From a virus, in IMG/VR virus record IMGVR_UViG_3300047554_000329, positions 1 through 64,000 of that record: 64,000 nucleotides of DNA; one strand, 5' to 3'. Under the pieces are notes generated by a model. That model was not told the origin of the DNA. It did no database searches and saw nothing but the letters and a program-made list of their open reading frames with translations. Of the stretch, positions 52,701-61,066 are shown piece by piece; within the stretch, counting starts at the first letter, position 1, and each line of letters opens with the position of its first letter. Position numbers and translations under genes: made by a program.

Positions 52701-54111
52701 ATCCCAAGAGAGTGGCTCTCAGCTGGCTTATGGTGCAATGCCATACTTTACGCTTACAGGAGAGGCTGCAGAGCTTCCTACAATTTCTGGTGGTAGTGCA
52801 GGGCTAGGCATTATGACTAACCCAGATACTAATACAGGATACTATTTTGAACTGGTAGCTCTTTCAGAAGATAATGTAAAAGATTACAGCGATGGTAACG
52901 TTGCAACAGTATTTTTCTACAAGCTAAACAGAAAGAGTGGTGAGCTAGCAACAGTAGCATCTATCCCTACAGTTCTTTATAGAGGATTGTACTCAGTACT
53001 TACTGACAGCGGAGATTTCTATGGTGCAGGAACAATACCAACCGATAAAGAGCAGCCAAGAGTTTATGATATTGCTGTAGAGTACCAAAAGATTAGCAAT
53101 AAGGTTTATAGATTCTATCTTTATATTAACAATAATCTAATTGCTACAGTAGACGACGAGGACTTTTTAGAGGGAACTAATACAAATAAAATTTCTCTTT
53201 TTGTTCGTGGAACTTCCAGGGCAATGTTTGAAAATGTTTATGCAGTTACACCAGTAAATAGCAAAAAGCCATTTGAACTAATTAAACACAAGACCAACAA
53301 TCTTTCTAAAACATTTAACTCAGATGGAAACTTTTCAAGCTCCGAAAATCTTTCTAGCTATGGAATTAGTGAGCTAATTAAAACAACATTCCTGGGAACA
53401 TCTAGTACAAACGGACCTGAGTATAATTTGTATTATGAAGAGTTTGGAACAATTATGAGAGAGTGTTCATATTTGAACATTAAGTTTGATAAAGCATATC
53501 CATCGTTGCTCTCAAAGGTTGTTACTCCATTTAGCAATTCAAGCTATACTGTTTCTGGATTTACGTCAACTCCATATGGTGCAGAATTTATCATCTTTAA
53601 CCACACAGACAAGCCAATATCCATTGGGGCTGGAACATTTAATCCACTAACAATTCTTGGACTAACCCTTACAAACGATACCCAAAACGAATTAACGGTT
53701 GACGACTACTTTTCAAAACGAAGCGATTTGTCAGACACAGAGTTCGTATCTGACTCATTGTTTAACAATCCGTCATTGGCTAGAGATGCTTATATTGATG
53801 TTAAAAACAGTAGAATAACGTATGGCAAAAAAGACTTTAGCCTAGACTCTATTTACATTCAAACACATGATGCAGCAAACAATATCATGGGGTGGATAAT
53901 TAAAAAGATTATGAGACCTAGACGCTCAGTTGGAGTTGAGGTATTTGGACTACCAATTCTACAACTAGGTGACATTGTTGAGATAGAATATGATGTAGAT
54001 GGAGTAAACCAGATAGCAGCAGGAGACACTAGATTTGTGGTATACTCTATTGAAAATAATGTAGATGCAAATGGTCCAACAATGAATGTTTACTTGAGTG
54101 AGGTGGTATAG
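49717..54111 (+). CDS. Tail tip / baseplate hub protein
   Basis: 1464 aa; AMFFDEYNNFVV, GLPILQLGDIVEI. Confidence 0.75.
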   Translation: MFTNSTLKAHLESSSTIKTESLVLAEWNLNNADNIEKIGNYRFRPTLSTKTETNFGTVASTYDANDSLGAYTNATNADIVLDGGYNNDGTKEDYLVTSDQKMKSLFSLEQCFDRFRPRSGINKIMYFDGRVLPPFSPDMFKRPRYYFAGKDDNFKYWTSARGESDGSSTEKQRGISRNFNGAGTYYIDDAAPFIKYSNPIFTNRIVVKMQTHTSEINAGNFIINGVSTADPFYEGASGQNKKVPKVWKVQYLNALTNVWTDAYSFDGTSLIDSDGYVELAYGMTNKPASFIYVQTLSSVNALPEISVEGYAYLVKANSTDQGVFYVWNGTGYDDFVPQYGWILLSTEDVSSSTPYITDFTDPDYYVAGAERVYRELQRILGLRVVVTTMNTNDSSFDLIELSPRLAANITDITESFSAKKVASDLGLSGLPVGQLIAGGGQVNIFDYDQSFNPNNAYDYSTASGSIVATLSTKNIQFKLYQIVKDVSGVDYYVPQKTLYSDIFPEYNSKTRQISITTRDLFFLLESKECNNLLITNGSLSYIVGSILDSIGYSNFIFYRDSSAKDFVVPYFFVAPKTTVAQALQDLARASQTAMFFDEYNNFVVMSKEYLMPDTVANGGRATNITLYGTKDFAKSTLDAYSDGIYNNESSNPTNLTNIVDIASQSNDVYNDGRISYTTRNILRAPSDPLADNLSDREISWVYQPTKLWEISADTLTKDRGNQSEYTLNAMPLNSDLSATVPTYSGGAVINNVIDFGENIFWQSMNRYSGYFYANGEIIKYDAIQYDVAGVGKVWITSQLEYEDYKNNLEFLGKMYATGLVRIYSEVKDSVVVKHGRGQFGTTPVYHSAKTSRSASSNPQTRVFVNDWTDQSFITGCTMNSAYIFEGLDSITDVTNEASGTLASSVTGRTSSGRAMSAQVSTTIKNPFITDSKGEVATERKELAPQTVSASALVMNGPTFASSDVAPKDFITYSYKDLGKPYQHVGTRVRIIGTIKSQESGSQLAYGAMPYFTLTGEAAELPTISGGSAGLGIMTNPDTNTGYYFELVALSEDNVKDYSDGNVATVFFYKLNRKSGELATVASIPTVLYRGLYSVLTDSGDFYGAGTIPTDKEQPRVYDIAVEYQKISNKVYRFYLYINNNLIATVDDEDFLEGTNTNKISLFVRGTSRAMFENVYAVTPVNSKKPFELIKHKTNNLSKTFNSDGNFSSSENLSSYGISELIKTTFLGTSSTNGPEYNLYYEEFGTIMRECSYLNIKFDKAYPSLLSKVVTPFSNSSYTVSGFTSTPYGAEFIIFNHTDKPISIGAGTFNPLTILGLTLTNDTQNELTVDDYFSKRSDLSDTEFVSDSLFNNPSLARDAYIDVKNSRITYGKKDFSLDSIYIQTHDAANNIMGWIIKKIMRPRRSVGVEVFGLPILQLGDIVEIEYDVDGVNQIAAGDTRFVVYSIENNVDANGPTMNVYLSEVV

Positions 54112-54689
54112 TGCCAAGACTAACTAGTTCAATTGACGGTGGAAGCAGCTTTCCATCTAGTCAGCCAATAACATCCAAAATATCAGCAATTCCAGATTTG
54201 CCAGAGTCAGCATCTTCTGCACTGTATTTTATTAGAACAAGCGAACAGGCTAGAGCTATAAAGTCTGCCCCACCAATTCAAGATTTGACTACCGACACAA
54301 CAATTTTAGACACAAGCAGGGCACAGTTTAACAGAGAGTTTGAATACTTTAATGCCAAAGCCTTGTCAACAATTCTTAGAAATGATATGGTAAATGGTCA
54401 AACAATTAAGTATAATCCCATCACTAACATATCTGACATAAGCCAAAGGTACAATCCAAACAATCTTATTAGTCTTCAGTCAACCCTGCAGTCATATTTT
54501 GACGCATTTGAGTTAAACCTGGATAAATATATTCCAGTGGCTGCAGAGCCAACAGAAGAGTATACTGCAACTGAGACAAGTGCAGAATATGAGATTGAAG
54601 TTTCTTTTGCTGACATATCTGGAACAGAAAGGGTAGAAGTAGAATTCTTAGTCATGGACACGGCTTTTAATGATACAATATATACATAA
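54111..54689 (+). CDS. Tail-associated hypothetical protein
   Basis: ORF track, coupled. Confidence 0.65.
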   Translation: MPRLTSSIDGGSSFPSSQPITSKISAIPDLPESASSALYFIRTSEQARAIKSAPPIQDLTTDTTILDTSRAQFNREFEYFNAKALSTILRNDMVNGQTIKYNPITNISDISQRYNPNNLISLQSTLQSYFDAFELNLDKYIPVAAEPTEEYTATETSAEYEIEVSFADISGTERVEVEFLVMDTAFNDTIYT

Positions 54690-55864
54690 TGATTACTGAT
54701 ACTGGAAAATCCATTTTAACAAAATATATGCTTGGGCAGACCACAAGCTATGCGTCATACATTGCCCTAGGCTGTGGTGCAAAGCCAATATCTAGCACCT
54801 ATAACTGGACAACAGATTCAAGCGGATACAAAGCAGCATTTAAGGCAAAAACCGAAATGGACTTTGAGATGCTAAGAGTTCCAATTATTTCTCGTGGCTA
54901 TGCAGACGGTCAGCTAGTTTTGACAGCAGAGCTTCCAACAACTGAAAGGTATGAGATTTCCGAAATTGGTCTTTATCCAGCAGTTCAGAATCCATCTGCT
55001 GGTATAGCAGACAGTAGAAATCTATTCACATTTTCGACTACAGAAAAGTGGTATTCACAAGAAGGAACGGCATCTCCACAGGTAGAGCTTACAACAGTCT
55101 CCTCAGCACTTGACGAAGAGTCAGTTGATAACTCAATTAATTTTACTGATGGTGTCTTTACAGAGTCTTCGGCAGCCTTTAGAGCAAGTGCAACGAATGT
55201 TCTTTTTTCAAACACTGAAAGAATTGGTAGGTATGAACTGCCAAGATTCTTTGACAGTTCAATTTTTGTTCTTGGTAATGGGGTTGCTATGGCAAGCACA
55301 GTTGACACAGATGCAGAAGTTTTAGCTTATAGCGTTCAGGCTACTGACAACTTCATTACACTAGAAAACACTCAAGCTGACCTAACCAGAAACTCACCAG
55401 CAGATAAGATTAAGGTTGCTTTATCGCTGGTAAATAAAGATGGTGCAGGAACAACAAATCATCCAGACAGAGTAAATGTGATTGTTGACTTTATAGCCTC
55501 TAATAATGGCTCTTACGCACGATTTGGTAAGACAGAAGATGTGAGCGGATACTCTTCTTCAAATAGATACGTTGTGCTATCACAAACATTGGGAGAAATG
55601 ACAATTACAAATTCTGGCTCTGGCTTTAAATGGAGAAACGTAAATACTATAAAAGTTTATGTATCTGTTTTTGACGGAGGCTCACTATCTACAAACCACT
55701 ATGTTTCTTTGGATGCTATTAGAATGGAAAATGTTTCGTCCCCAAATCCCCTATATGGTCTTACAGGATATACTGTTATTGAAAATACATCTTCTCAAAC
55801 ATTTGTAAAAGAAAACAACACACAGGCACTTGTTGAGTTTAGGTTCTCAATGGATGTGGTCTAA
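54689..55864 (+). CDS. Tail/baseplate structural protein
   Basis: MITDTGK, YIALGCG, ISEIGLY motifs. Confidence 0.65.
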   Translation: MITDTGKSILTKYMLGQTTSYASYIALGCGAKPISSTYNWTTDSSGYKAAFKAKTEMDFEMLRVPIISRGYADGQLVLTAELPTTERYEISEIGLYPAVQNPSAGIADSRNLFTFSTTEKWYSQEGTASPQVELTTVSSALDEESVDNSINFTDGVFTESSAAFRASATNVLFSNTERIGRYELPRFFDSSIFVLGNGVAMASTVDTDAEVLAYSVQATDNFITLENTQADLTRNSPADKIKVALSLVNKDGAGTTNHPDRVNVIVDFIASNNGSYARFGKTEDVSGYSSSNRYVVLSQTLGEMTITNSGSGFKWRNVNTIKVYVSVFDGGSLSTNHYVSLDAIRMENVSSPNPLYGLTGYTVIENTSSQTFVKENNTQALVEFRFSMDVV

Positions 55865-56391
55865 TGGTAGACGCATTTCAAAACAACATTAAAAAGATTA
55901 GGATTAAGCCAGAAAGCTTGCCACCAATCATTGTAACTACTGATGGAACGACTCTTGGTCAATACTATTTTAGATACAGGATTGTTTCAGAAGATGGGAC
56001 TAGAAAGTCTGCATATTCGCCAGTACAGGCGGTAAATGCAAGAGACTTCTCTTCAGTAACTGTAAATCTAAACACGGTATCTGACGGAACAAAGTTTATT
56101 TTATCCTGGACAATCCCAGACGTATATATGACACAATACGACATTTATGTTGCATGGTCTTCTAACTCTGGCTCTACCTATACCTCATATTCATATATTG
56201 GCAGGTCAACAGGAAACAGCTTTGTTATTGATATTCCAGCAATATATCAGTCAGAGCTTGGAACAAAGATGGCAAAATTTATAATTCAGTTGCCAACAAG
56301 TCCACAGGTGCTAAACACAAAAGCAGAAATCTATGAGTCTTCTGTAGGAGTTTCTACACAAATAACCCCAGTAGACGGTGGAACCGTCTAG
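55864..56391 (+). CDS. Fn3-like virion protein
   Basis: YYFRYRIVSEDG.RKSAYSP; ends VDGGTV like the collagen fibre. Confidence 0.55.
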   Translation: MVDAFQNNIKKIRIKPESLPPIIVTTDGTTLGQYYFRYRIVSEDGTRKSAYSPVQAVNARDFSSVTVNLNTVSDGTKFILSWTIPDVYMTQYDIYVAWSSNSGSTYTSYSYIGRSTGNSFVIDIPAIYQSELGTKMAKFIIQLPTSPQVLNTKAEIYESSVGVSTQITPVDGGTV

Positions 56392-56410
56392 CTTATGCTA
56401 TAATAAAGAC

Positions 56411-56830
56411 ATGACAATTATTCCAGGACAGCCAATTGACTTGGCAACAATCACGCAAGCTATTAATGACCTTAACGACTTAACAGCAGTTGTAAAGACA
56501 TCAACCAGTAACTCTATTTATATTGGTCAGGATGCTGTGTCTGTTCAAAACTCTACATCAAAAATGTCAATGGAGGCAGCCTACGTCAACCTTGACAAAA
56601 CAGAAACAAAAGCAGACAGTGTTCCATTTAGACATACCTTTAAGACCAATTTTACAAAGCCACCAGTAGTCACAGCAACTCTATTTGAAAAATCTTCATC
56701 AGCAGTTGTTCAGAATCACTCAGTGGTCATTACCAATATTACAACTCAGGAAATTATTGGTTATGTAAAGTTTGAGGCAAGCGGAAAATTTAATTCATCA
56801 ATTAATCTTATTGCCATCGGATACGTATAA
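56411..56830 (+). CDS. Virion protein with H-lectin/gp53-like C-terminus
   Basis: FTKPPVVTAT...INLIAIG; ATG 6 nt after TGCTATAAT. Confidence 0.6.
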   Translation: MTIIPGQPIDLATITQAINDLNDLTAVVKTSTSNSIYIGQDAVSVQNSTSKMSMEAAYVNLDKTETKADSVPFRHTFKTNFTKPPVVTATLFEKSSSAVVQNHSVVITNITTQEIIGYVKFEASGKFNSSINLIAIGYV

Positions 56831-56832
56831 CA

Positions 56833-57360
56833 ATGAGCATGGATAGAGAAGCATATAACAGTGCTCCTGTAATCCCAGGCAGCAAAAAGGTTTGGTTTCT
56901 AAATGGAGACCTAGTAAGAATACATCACTTAAATCGTTCCAACGGAATTATGTCAGTTTATAATATAAACAAAGATAGACTTGAGAGTTGCCTAGTTACT
57001 GACTTTAAGCGTAATCGCAAGAAAGCATATACTGTTGGAGAGACAGCAACTTTAGTAAATCGTCACAAAAAGTATTTACCTAATCTTATGAAACGTGGGA
57101 TTATTCCACATCCAACAGGCGGTCAAAAAGGTGGGGCAACTGGATGGCAGGTCAGAAGCTATTACTCTGAGTTGCAGGTTCACGAAATTCGTGATATACT
57201 AGCCACCTACCACATTGGACAGCCACGCAAAGATAAGCTGATTACCAATGATATAACTCCTACTAAACAGGAGTTGACAAGGCGTATGGGTGATGGTATA
57301 CTTACTTATACAAGGACCGAAGACGGTCGCTTCATTCCTGTTTGGAACGAAGAAATTTAA
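56833..57360 (+). CDS. DNA-binding protein with MerR-like HTH
   Basis: YTVGETATLVNRHKKYL...RGIIPHP...RSYYSE. Confidence 0.65.
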   Translation: MSMDREAYNSAPVIPGSKKVWFLNGDLVRIHHLNRSNGIMSVYNINKDRLESCLVTDFKRNRKKAYTVGETATLVNRHKKYLPNLMKRGIIPHPTGGQKGGATGWQVRSYYSELQVHEIRDILATYHIGQPRKDKLITNDITPTKQELTRRMGDGILTYTRTEDGRFIPVWNEEI

Positions 57361-57377
57361 CGAGAGAGCAGTAGGGT

Positions 57378-57587
57378 ATGAACAACGAAGAAACTAAGGT
57401 AACAGTAGGTCTAGGCTATACGCTTAACCTAGGCAACTTTCAGTCGCTACGCATTGACATTAGCGTAACCGACAACAAGCGTGAGGGTGAAAACACCAAT
57501 GACGCATTTGAGCGTGTCTACGGATTTGTAGAGAAGAAGCTCACAGAAAAGGTAGCAGAAGCACAGTCAGAGACTGACGGTAAATAA
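57378..57587 (+). CDS. Small conserved phage protein
   Basis: TLNLGNFQSLRID; TTGACA...TATACT promoter at 57274-57302. Confidence 0.7.
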   Translation: MNNEETKVTVGLGYTLNLGNFQSLRIDISVTDNKREGENTNDAFERVYGFVEKKLTEKVAEAQSETDGK

Positions 57588-57895
57588 TGGCTGAACGCAA
57601 AGACCGAATGGCTTTGCTTTCTCGTTACGCAAAGCTTCACACTAAACACTATGAAGAACGAGTAACACTCAACCTTAACGTTGAGCAGTGGGCTGCAGAC
57701 GCTCTGATTGAATCCTATGGTTTACCAGAATGCTATGACCTATTAGAGTATTACTTTTCAGTTAGCCAGACTCCAACTTGGAAATACTTTGCTAACTATG
57801 CAGACAAAATTATAGATGCTAGAGAGCAGCTACAGCAAGACATTAAAGAAAGAGCAGAACGTAGGGCGAAAGCCAAGGAGTGGTTAAATGACTAA
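57587..57895 (+). CDS. Hypothetical protein, possible helicase loader
   Basis: Coupled directly upstream of helicase. Confidence 0.6.
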   Translation: MAERKDRMALLSRYAKLHTKHYEERVTLNLNVEQWAADALIESYGLPECYDLLEYYFSVSQTPTWKYFANYADKIIDAREQLQQDIKERAERRAKAKEWLND

Positions 57896-59108
57896 TACAG
57901 AATCAAAGCTAATTTCAGCGGTACTACAGGATAAGCAGGTTCACGTACTGCTACAAGCAAACGTAGAGAACATTCTTAGAACTCATACTGATATCTGGAC
58001 ATTTGTTCGTAACTATTCTGAGGCAAATGGCACTGTGCCACCAACCTCATTGGTTGTAGAGAAGTTCCGTGACTTTATTCCTGTAGAGGGTGTTGGGGCT
58101 ACCAAGTATCACTTAGAAGAACTACAGGCAGAGTTTTTGAATGACAGCCTTAAAGATGTTCTACGCTCAACTGCTGCAGAGGTTCAGGCTGGGCAGGGAA
58201 CTAAGGCACTAGAAGACCTTATTCAAAAGACCTCAGAGCTAAAGAAGAACACAGCAGTTATTCGTGACATTGATGCAACAGACCTTGACTCAGCAGTAAT
58301 CTACTTTGAAAACCTAGCAAAGCAACAGGCACTAGGTGCTATTGGTATTAAGACTGGCTTGGCTGGTTTTGACAACTATCTACCTGCTGGTATTACTCCA
58401 GGTCAGCTAGGCGTATTCCTAGCCTATCCTGGTATTGGTAAGTCATGGATGGCTCTATACTTTGCTGTACAAGCATGGAAGCAAGGCAAGTCACCACTAA
58501 TCATCTCTCTAGAAATGTCGGAGACAGAAGTCCGTAACCGTGTATTTACAATCATGGGTGAGGGTTTGTGGTCACACAGAAAGATGTCCAATGGTCAGGT
58601 AGAGATTGAAGACCTAAAGCGTTGGCACAAGAAGGAACTTGCTGGCAAGCCAGAGTTCCACATCATCTCTAATGATTCTGGTGGTGAAGTTACTCCATCA
58701 GTTATCCGTGGTAAGATTGACCAGTACAAGCCAGACCTAGTTATTGTGGACTACCTACAGCTTATGTCGCCTAACCAAAAGTCGGATAACGAAACGGTAC
58801 GCATGAAGAACCTGTCTCGTGAACTAAAGCTTATGGCTATTAGCGAAGAGATGCCTATCATTGCTATCTCTTCTGCAACACCTGACGACGTTAACAAGCT
58901 TGATACTGTTCCTACACTTGGACAGACTGCTTGGTCACGTCAGATTGCATACGACGCTGACTGGGTGCTTGCTCTAGGTCGTGCTACCAACTCTGATGTC
59001 ATTGAGTGTGTGTTCCGTAAGAACCGTAATGGTTTTATGGGTGAGTTTATTGTCCAGGCTGACTTTGATAAAGGCTACTACCGATACAAGGACTTTGAAG
59101 AAAACTAG
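57888..59108 (+). CDS. dnaB: Replicative DNA helicase, DnaB family
   Basis: AYPGIGKS Walker A, SLEM, VDYLQLM, KNRNG. Confidence 0.93.
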   Translation: MTNTESKLISAVLQDKQVHVLLQANVENILRTHTDIWTFVRNYSEANGTVPPTSLVVEKFRDFIPVEGVGATKYHLEELQAEFLNDSLKDVLRSTAAEVQAGQGTKALEDLIQKTSELKKNTAVIRDIDATDLDSAVIYFENLAKQQALGAIGIKTGLAGFDNYLPAGITPGQLGVFLAYPGIGKSWMALYFAVQAWKQGKSPLIISLEMSETEVRNRVFTIMGEGLWSHRKMSNGQVEIEDLKRWHKKELAGKPEFHIISNDSGGEVTPSVIRGKIDQYKPDLVIVDYLQLMSPNQKSDNETVRMKNLSRELKLMAISEEMPIIAISSATPDDVNKLDTVPTLGQTAWSRQIAYDADWVLALGRATNSDVIECVFRKNRNGFMGEFIVQADFDKGYYRYKDFEEN

Positions 59109-59120
59109 TTATAATGGAGT

Positions 59121-59462
59121 ATGGTCAACTTACACCATAAGCCAATTAAACACTTTTTCTTGGATGGTCAAATCCACGATGAAGCAGCTATCGGTAGACT
59201 TAAAACTGAATACATCAGACTAGTCACCGCAGAAATGCGTCTATCTGGATATGTGCCAAGGCTTGACATTGACCCAGATTTTACGATAGAATTTAATAGC
59301 AAAACAGAATATTTTACATTTCAATTATCAATGTACGGAACATATGTAGGAAGAAGAAAGAGCGAATGGATTACAGGAATAGACGGAACAGTAGCGTATA
59401 CACGCCAGAACAAATCAAACGAGTCCTTGCAGGGTCAGGAATCAACGTCGAATCAGAAGTAG
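59121..59462 (+). CDS. Hypothetical protein
   Basis: ATG 5 nt after TATAAT. Confidence 0.65.
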   Translation: MVNLHHKPIKHFFLDGQIHDEAAIGRLKTEYIRLVTAEMRLSGYVPRLDIDPDFTIEFNSKTEYFTFQLSMYGTYVGRRKSEWITGIDGTVAYTRQNKSNESLQGQESTSNQK

Positions 59463-60307
59463 ATTCAGACTACATTATCTTCTGCCCATTCCACAATAAC
59501 CATCGCTCACCTGCTGGAGAAATTGACAAGCGTTCTGGGTTCTTCTTTTGCTTCTCCTGTCAGCACGTTTGTGACCTAACTGCTTTTGTTATGCATACTT
59601 CTAGTCGTACCTACTTTGAGGCGGTACGCTTTATTAAATCCAAGGAAACAGAGACTGACCTTTCTTATCAAATTAATCAAGCATTGGTGGTCAAGCCAGA
59701 CTACACACCATACGATGAATTGCAGATTAAACGACTAAACCAGCAAGCTCTAGACTCTCCTAGAGCATTAAGATACTACTCTGGAAGGCTCATAAACGAG
59801 GCTTCAATCCGCAAATTCGACTTGGGGTATAGTGAGAAGCAAGACATGGTTACAATCCCTGTAGCGTCCCCTGAAGGCGTTTCAGTGGGGTTTGTGGGCA
59901 GGTCCGTAGAGGGTAAAGACTTTAAAAATACACCAGGACTGCCAAAGAGCAAAGTCCTATTTAACCTACACAGAGTAAAAGCATCTAGTAAAGTCTATGT
60001 GGTTGAATCATCATTTGATGCAATTCGACTTGACCAGTGTGGCTTTCCTGCTGTAGCAACTCTTGGAGCAAACGTATCCAAGATACAAACAGACCTACTT
60101 CAAAAGTATTTCAATGAGATATATGTCATTGCAGATAACGATGAAGCTGGCGGTAACATGAAAGACAAGCTTATTGAAAGACTTGGCAGCCGTGTTAGCG
60201 TTATCAAATTAGATAAACAATATAAGGATATTGGCGATATGTCAGATGAAGCAATCAAGAATCTTGAGGAATCATTTGACAATACTATCGCTGGTATGCT
60301 AAACTAG
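59366..60307 (+). CDS. dnaG: DNA primase (CHC2 zinc finger + TOPRIM)
   Basis: CPFH...CFSC, VVESSFDA, DNDEAG, KDIGD. Confidence 0.92.
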   Translation: MDYRNRRNSSVYTPEQIKRVLAGSGINVESEVDSDYIIFCPFHNNHRSPAGEIDKRSGFFFCFSCQHVCDLTAFVMHTSSRTYFEAVRFIKSKETETDLSYQINQALVVKPDYTPYDELQIKRLNQQALDSPRALRYYSGRLINEASIRKFDLGYSEKQDMVTIPVASPEGVSVGFVGRSVEGKDFKNTPGLPKSKVLFNLHRVKASSKVYVVESSFDAIRLDQCGFPAVATLGANVSKIQTDLLQKYFNEIYVIADNDEAGGNMKDKLIERLGSRVSVIKLDKQYKDIGDMSDEAIKNLEESFDNTIAGMLN

Positions 60308-60336
60308 TAATCCGCTAAAAACATAAGGAGAATATT

Positions 60337-61002
60337 ATGAGCGTAATTAGAGGGCTAAAAGACATCAACGCACTAGTTGACAAGCCAAAGTATGACAGCA
60401 CCGCAAACGGTGGACAGAAGATTCGCTGGGTAAAACTAGCTGATGGACAGTCTGCTAAGATTCGTTTTGTTGAAGAGCTAGACAGCGAATCAGCGAACTA
60501 TAACGAGGGTCGTGGACTTTCGGTAGTAATCGCAGAACACACCAATCCAAAGGATTACAAGCTTAAGGCAGCCTGTACCATTGACTCAGAGGGTCGTTGC
60601 TACGGTTGTGAGATGGCTCGCAAGGAGCCAAAGTCAGGTTGGCGTTCACGCCTCCGCTTCTACTGCAACGTTATCATTGACGACAGCACAGAAGCACCTT
60701 ATGTGGCTGTTTGGTCACAGGGTATCAGCAAGCAGTCAGCATTCAACACCATTCGTGAGTATGCTCTAGAGACTGGTTCTATCTCAAACCTTGAGTGGAA
60801 GATTAAGCGTAACGGTCAGGGAACTGAGACCAGCTACACCTTGCTTCCAACCAAGCCAGACTCAGAGCCATATGCCTGGGGAGAGGTTGAAGCATTTGAC
60901 CTTGAGAAGGTTGTCCGTGAGATTCCTTACGCAGAGCAGGAGAACTTCTACTTCGGCTTTGGTCAGACCGCTTCGGTAACTTCAAGCAACACCGACTGGT
61001 AA
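60337..61002 (+). CDS. Single-stranded DNA-binding protein (gp32-like)
   Basis: Zn-binding H/C residues (AAC...CYGC), KIKRNGQGTETSYTL, position in replication module. Confidence 0.75.
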   Translation: MSVIRGLKDINALVDKPKYDSTANGGQKIRWVKLADGQSAKIRFVEELDSESANYNEGRGLSVVIAEHTNPKDYKLKAACTIDSEGRCYGCEMARKEPKSGWRSRLRFYCNVIIDDSTEAPYVAVWSQGISKQSAFNTIREYALETGSISNLEWKIKRNGQGTETSYTLLPTKPDSEPYAWGEVEAFDLEKVVREIPYAEQENFYFGFGQTASVTSSNTDW

Positions 61003-61006
61003 AACA

Positions 61007-61034
61007 TAGAGCTGGGCATCTCTACAAACTGCCC
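61007..61034 (+). ncRNA. H-type pseudoknot copy 5
   Basis: UAGAG-CU-GGGCA-U-CUCUA-CAAAC-UGCCC. Confidence 0.7.
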
Positions 61035-61066
61035 CACACAAACTTTTATTACTAGCGAAGGAAACA